41,942 nt of DNA from Octopus bimaculoides (Eukaryota): positions 14,156,536 to 14,198,477 of the forward strand of contig NC_068981.1 of the NCBI RefSeq assembly GCF_001194135.2, in the 5' to 3' direction. The notes under the pieces are model-generated. The model made no database searches. It was not told the origin of the DNA and saw only the letters and a program-made list of their open reading frames with translations. This document shows positions 38,601 through 41,942 of this stretch, piece after piece (the stretch's first letter is position 1; every line of letters starts with the position of its first letter). The translations under genes were made by a program, and so were the position numbers.

Positions 38601-39501
38601 TTGTTTTCGTATTTTGAGAAGTGGTTGTGCTCAGTGCTTCCACAGACGTTCCGAGGCAATTGAATCTGATGCTGTTTACATTCCGTTGGAAATGCTGCAA
38701 ACGACTGAAGGAAAGATCTTTAGAATTTGAGTAATTGCTGTAGCCCAAACTTCTGGTAAGAAAACGCTCCACGTATTTCAGGTGCTGTATCAGGCAGTTG
38801 GTCGCGGTTCAATTTGATCACACACAGAGTAATTTAGTAATTTAGACTATTGAGTCGCGAATGCTTGAGTGGAAGAGACGTGCATTGAGGAGAGGAGATC
38901 TCTGCTGTTGAGCAAAACAAAAACAAAAGGAGTTTACATTCCGTTTGGGGGACAGTTATGAGATTTCATGTGATTGTATGCTAATCAGTCGAGTGCATTT
39001 ATTTGGAAGCTGTTCTGGGTTATCACTACAGCAAAGCCAAAATGCGGGTAGATGCTGTATCTATGTTGTATTCAACTGCGATATATACTGGGCTGGGCCA
39101 GTGATTGTGATGCAATTTATATATTCCCGAGGTTGTGTGATTACCACGGATAGATTCTATGTGGTTGAGAGACATCATATTTGAAGCAATAGTGACAATT
39201 CCATTGGTGAGCTATTTAATTGGTACGTCGAGTTTTAATTATATAGATGCATTGATAAATTTGTGAATAAATAAATATGTATATAAATCATGTTTCAACT
39301 CGTCAATCAATGTACTTCATAATATATATATATTGATTATTTAAGTGGGACCAGTCCACACGCACTATACTCTATTACCAAGTTTTATTATAGCGTGTTA
39401 AGCTTTGTTATAGCATTTCTTACGTAGTCGAACCGAAGCAGAAAGTTTTTTAAATTCTGTTTCGATTATTAGCTGGTATTGTTTCATGTTTCATGTATAT
39501 A

Positions 39502-39511
39502 NNNNNNNNNN
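39502..39511. other. Assembly gap (10 N)
   Basis: N run within (TA)n. Confidence 1.
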
Positions 39512-39544
39512 ATATATATAAACAGTTGGTGCACTCGAGTACGA

Positions 39545-39599
39545 ATTCATTGGTACTCTTGTGTTTCAAACGTGATGCTAGTCGTCAGCCATTTTGAAT
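39545..39599 (-). ncRNA. Type I hammerhead-ribozyme-like motif in the 3' region of the Penelope-like relic
   Basis: Minus strand: ATTCA-AAA-TGG-CTGACGA-CTAGCATCACGTTT-GAAA-CACAAGA-GTA-CCA-A-TGAAT. The core and GUA triplet are intact and stem I is TGG/CCA plus ATTCA/TGAAT; stems II and III are imperfect. Confidence 0.55.
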
Positions 39600-40265
39600 G
39601 TGAATGACAGAAGTTGATGGTTATTACCGTAAGAGCACTGCGATTGGTTGAGGAAGGTCACGCAGTGTCGTGTTTTGGTGTTGGTATAAGGGTAACAGTT
39701 GGAAAAAAACTGCCTGGCAATCAGGAAAGTATTCACGTTGAGGACAGGAAATAGAATAGAAGTCGGTCAGGATTTTTGGGGGGAAAGTAAGAATGGAGTA
39801 TCAGCATGTATATGTGGGTGTGCAGACGCGCTTACTTAGTTTTGTGTACATCAATGCGTGTGTGCGCAACTATACATGGGCGCGCACGCGCACTTCGGCA
39901 CATACACACACACGCACATGCACACGCTTGGACGAACTCGTACACACACATGCACACAGGCATACACACACATGCACACACAGACGCACACACACACGTT
40001 TGTATTCATTCCTATGTGCATATGTATATTCGCATGCATGTACGCATGTATACCAGTGTGCCTGCACAGACGCATGCGCCTGCACTTAAACACTCGCAAA
40101 ACAAGCGTTGGGGATTGATAAGCGTAGGGAATTCGTAAGTATTGGGAATTTGTATGCGCTGGAGGATGGTAAACGTTGGAGATTGGTAAATAGCGGGCCT
40201 GCTCATGGAGTTGGTTGGTTGGTAGCACTGACATTGATGCAGGTAGTACACAGTAGCAACTGGTG

Positions 40266-40532
40266 CTAAGGTGGTATATCCGCGTTGTCAACGATCAGAG
40301 GTCTGAAATTTGCCAGAAGGGCATTCCTCTGATTACAGCAATGCGATAAATCGTATTTCTTGTTGATGAATACTTCGGGTTGGTGGAAGATATGTGGTTT
40401 TTCGCGGAAACAGAGGTGGCAGATGGGGGCGCTGGGTCAATATAGTGGCGCTCTGTTGACAATAGTCTACTTGATGGTGGGTGTTTCATCGCGGAGATCG
40501 CTCTGAACCTCAAGAGTGCCAACGAATTTGAA
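40266..40532 (-). pseudogene. C-terminal remnant of a Penelope-like GIY-YIG endonuclease domain
   Basis: One frame reads ...LRDETPTIK*TIVNRAPLY*PSAPICHLCFREKPHIFHQPEVFINKKYDLSHCCNQRNALLANFRPLIVDNADIPP*. This fits the I-x-W-x-I...Y...C-x-L-C-x-x-E-K-x-x-I...N-K-[KR]-x-[ED]...C pattern at the end of PLE endonucleases, with TAG at the expected Trp. Confidence 0.78.
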
Positions 40533-40600
40533 TCAAAGTGTTTTGATCCATACCTGTAACTCCCAATAAACTGGTTGAGTGCACTTATTTCGTTTGTCCA

Positions 40601-40643
<43 letters not shown>

Positions 40644-41077
40644 CTTTCAACAACATTTTAAACAATTTAAACAGCATATTTACAATGAAATGGTGTAGAG
40701 AAGTTATCCAGTATTCTCTTGAGAGAAACTATACGCAGCTTCATTCGTACTGCTTGTTCTTCACAAGGTAAACATAAAACAAAATTTAGCTATGATCAAG
40801 GTAGAATTGGGTAAAATGTATATATAAAAAAAAAACTACATAGTTCTCTCTTAAGACTCCAGGTTAAGTACCACTTACATCGTCTGAACAAGTAAATGCT
40901 TCAGAAAAATTAGATTATTCAAGAAATGTATAAAGGAATTTTAACGTTTTGTATAAACTTCCGGAAATCTTACATTTTTCAAAAACAACACTATATATAT
41001 TGTAGGATACAGTTAGTATAAAAATGAAACGTTTTATGTTCTAAAATCTAATTAACTGAATTTGCTTTATTCATAAC

Positions 41078-41080
41078 ACG

Positions 41081-41150
<70 letters not shown>
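41078..41150. repeat. (CA)n microsatellite
   Basis: Direct inspection. Confidence 0.98.
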
Positions 41151-41151
<1 letters not shown>

Positions 41152-41400
41152 AGAAATAATGATTGTAATGTTAATCATTAACGCTAGTAATAACCTAAGG
41201 AGAATTAGCGAGGTATAATAACGTTTACATTTCAGTTAAAAGAAGCCGGATATCCTAGTCTCAAAGCAAAACGAATTATACGCACACGCACACATATTCT
41301 GTCTGAGAATCCATTAGTTAGAAAAAGCATGCAGTCGTATATATGTCAATAGAGTGGGTACATTAATCGATGTGAACAATATTTTATATCCATTGTGGCC

Positions 41401-41442
41401 GATCTTACCAATCGGTTTCGCCGTAGGTGTTCAACGGGATAT
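41401..41442 (-). ncRNA. Strongly degenerate hammerhead-like motif
   Basis: Minus strand: ATATC-CCGTTGA-AC-ACC-TAC-GGC-GAAA-CCGATTGG-TA-AGATC. Two core changes and one stem II mismatch. Confidence 0.3.
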
Positions 41443-41942
41443 TTGATAACAGCCCGATTATATAACCCCGTGTCCTTCAGAGTTGGCAGTTATGGAAAAA
41501 GAAAATAAGAAGGATAGAAATATGATATAAAGAAAGTGAACATTGCTTTTGAAAATATTCTAAGTTAATATGAAGTCGATGCATCATGAATTCAGCAAAT
41601 ATACCCAACAACATATTATAAGGTGAAACTGCTCTTCATCGGAAGACCCTCAACTCTGGTTTTGTATTACTATGGATATGACTATTCCATAGAAAATATT
41701 TATCAACAATATCAATGATAACAGTGTGTGTTGTTATATTCATAACGTGACTTTTGGCTTGTAATATCTAGTCAATTCCTTACAATTCACACTTAATACT
41801 AAGAATACACTACATACTGTCATTTTATTGCGTGGCTTCCATACTAGGTATAATCAGTCCAGAGAGAGCGTTACAGAACATTCAGAATGGATATATATGC
41901 AAAAACAGATACATATACATACATATATATATAATATATATA

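Larger units (their letters stand above)
39520..40603 (-). mobile_element. Penelope-like retroelement relic (endonuclease tail, long 3' region/pseudo-LTR, hammerhead-like motif)
   Basis: GIY-YIG-type C-terminal motif at 40266-40532, partial second copy at 24.2 kb, hammerhead-like motif at 39545-39599, (TA)n on both flanks. The boundaries are inferred. Confidence 0.7.

Noticed and set aside
39851-40291. ORF MTTRIYH... present in both the 24 kb and 40 kb copies
   Set aside because: Its conservation reflects recent duplication. It starts at a TTG, ends in microsatellite-like sequence, and is not the frame with the endonuclease motif.

Overview
AT-rich, repeat-dense eukaryotic DNA from a draft assembly, with 8 N-gaps that all abut (TA)n or (CA)n microsatellites. 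The SINE families resemble those I recall from octopus/coleoid cephalopod genomes; this is an inference, not a search result. I recognise no intact protein-coding gene. Nearly every ORF in the supplied track is a microsatellite, gap or repeat artefact. Supported content: (1) about 20 copies of four tRNA-headed SINE families, one with a clear CORE domain and one with three full-length copies carrying 10-12 bp target-site duplications; (2) a decayed, internally deleted Tc1/mariner-superfamily transposase with D-x37-D (maT-type) spacing at 23.1-23.8 kb; (3) a Penelope-like retroelement relic at 39.5-40.6 kb (minus strand). It is recognisable from the C-terminus of a GIY-YIG-type endonuclease hidden in a stop-interrupted frame, and it has a hammerhead-ribozyme-like motif near its 3' end and a 98%-identical inverted partial copy at 24.2 kb; (4) four further hammerhead-like motifs, two with a CUGUUGA-type core variant and one with pseudoknot geometry. 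The hammerhead/Penelope signal is the most interesting thing here. All five motifs have defects, so none is claimed to be active.
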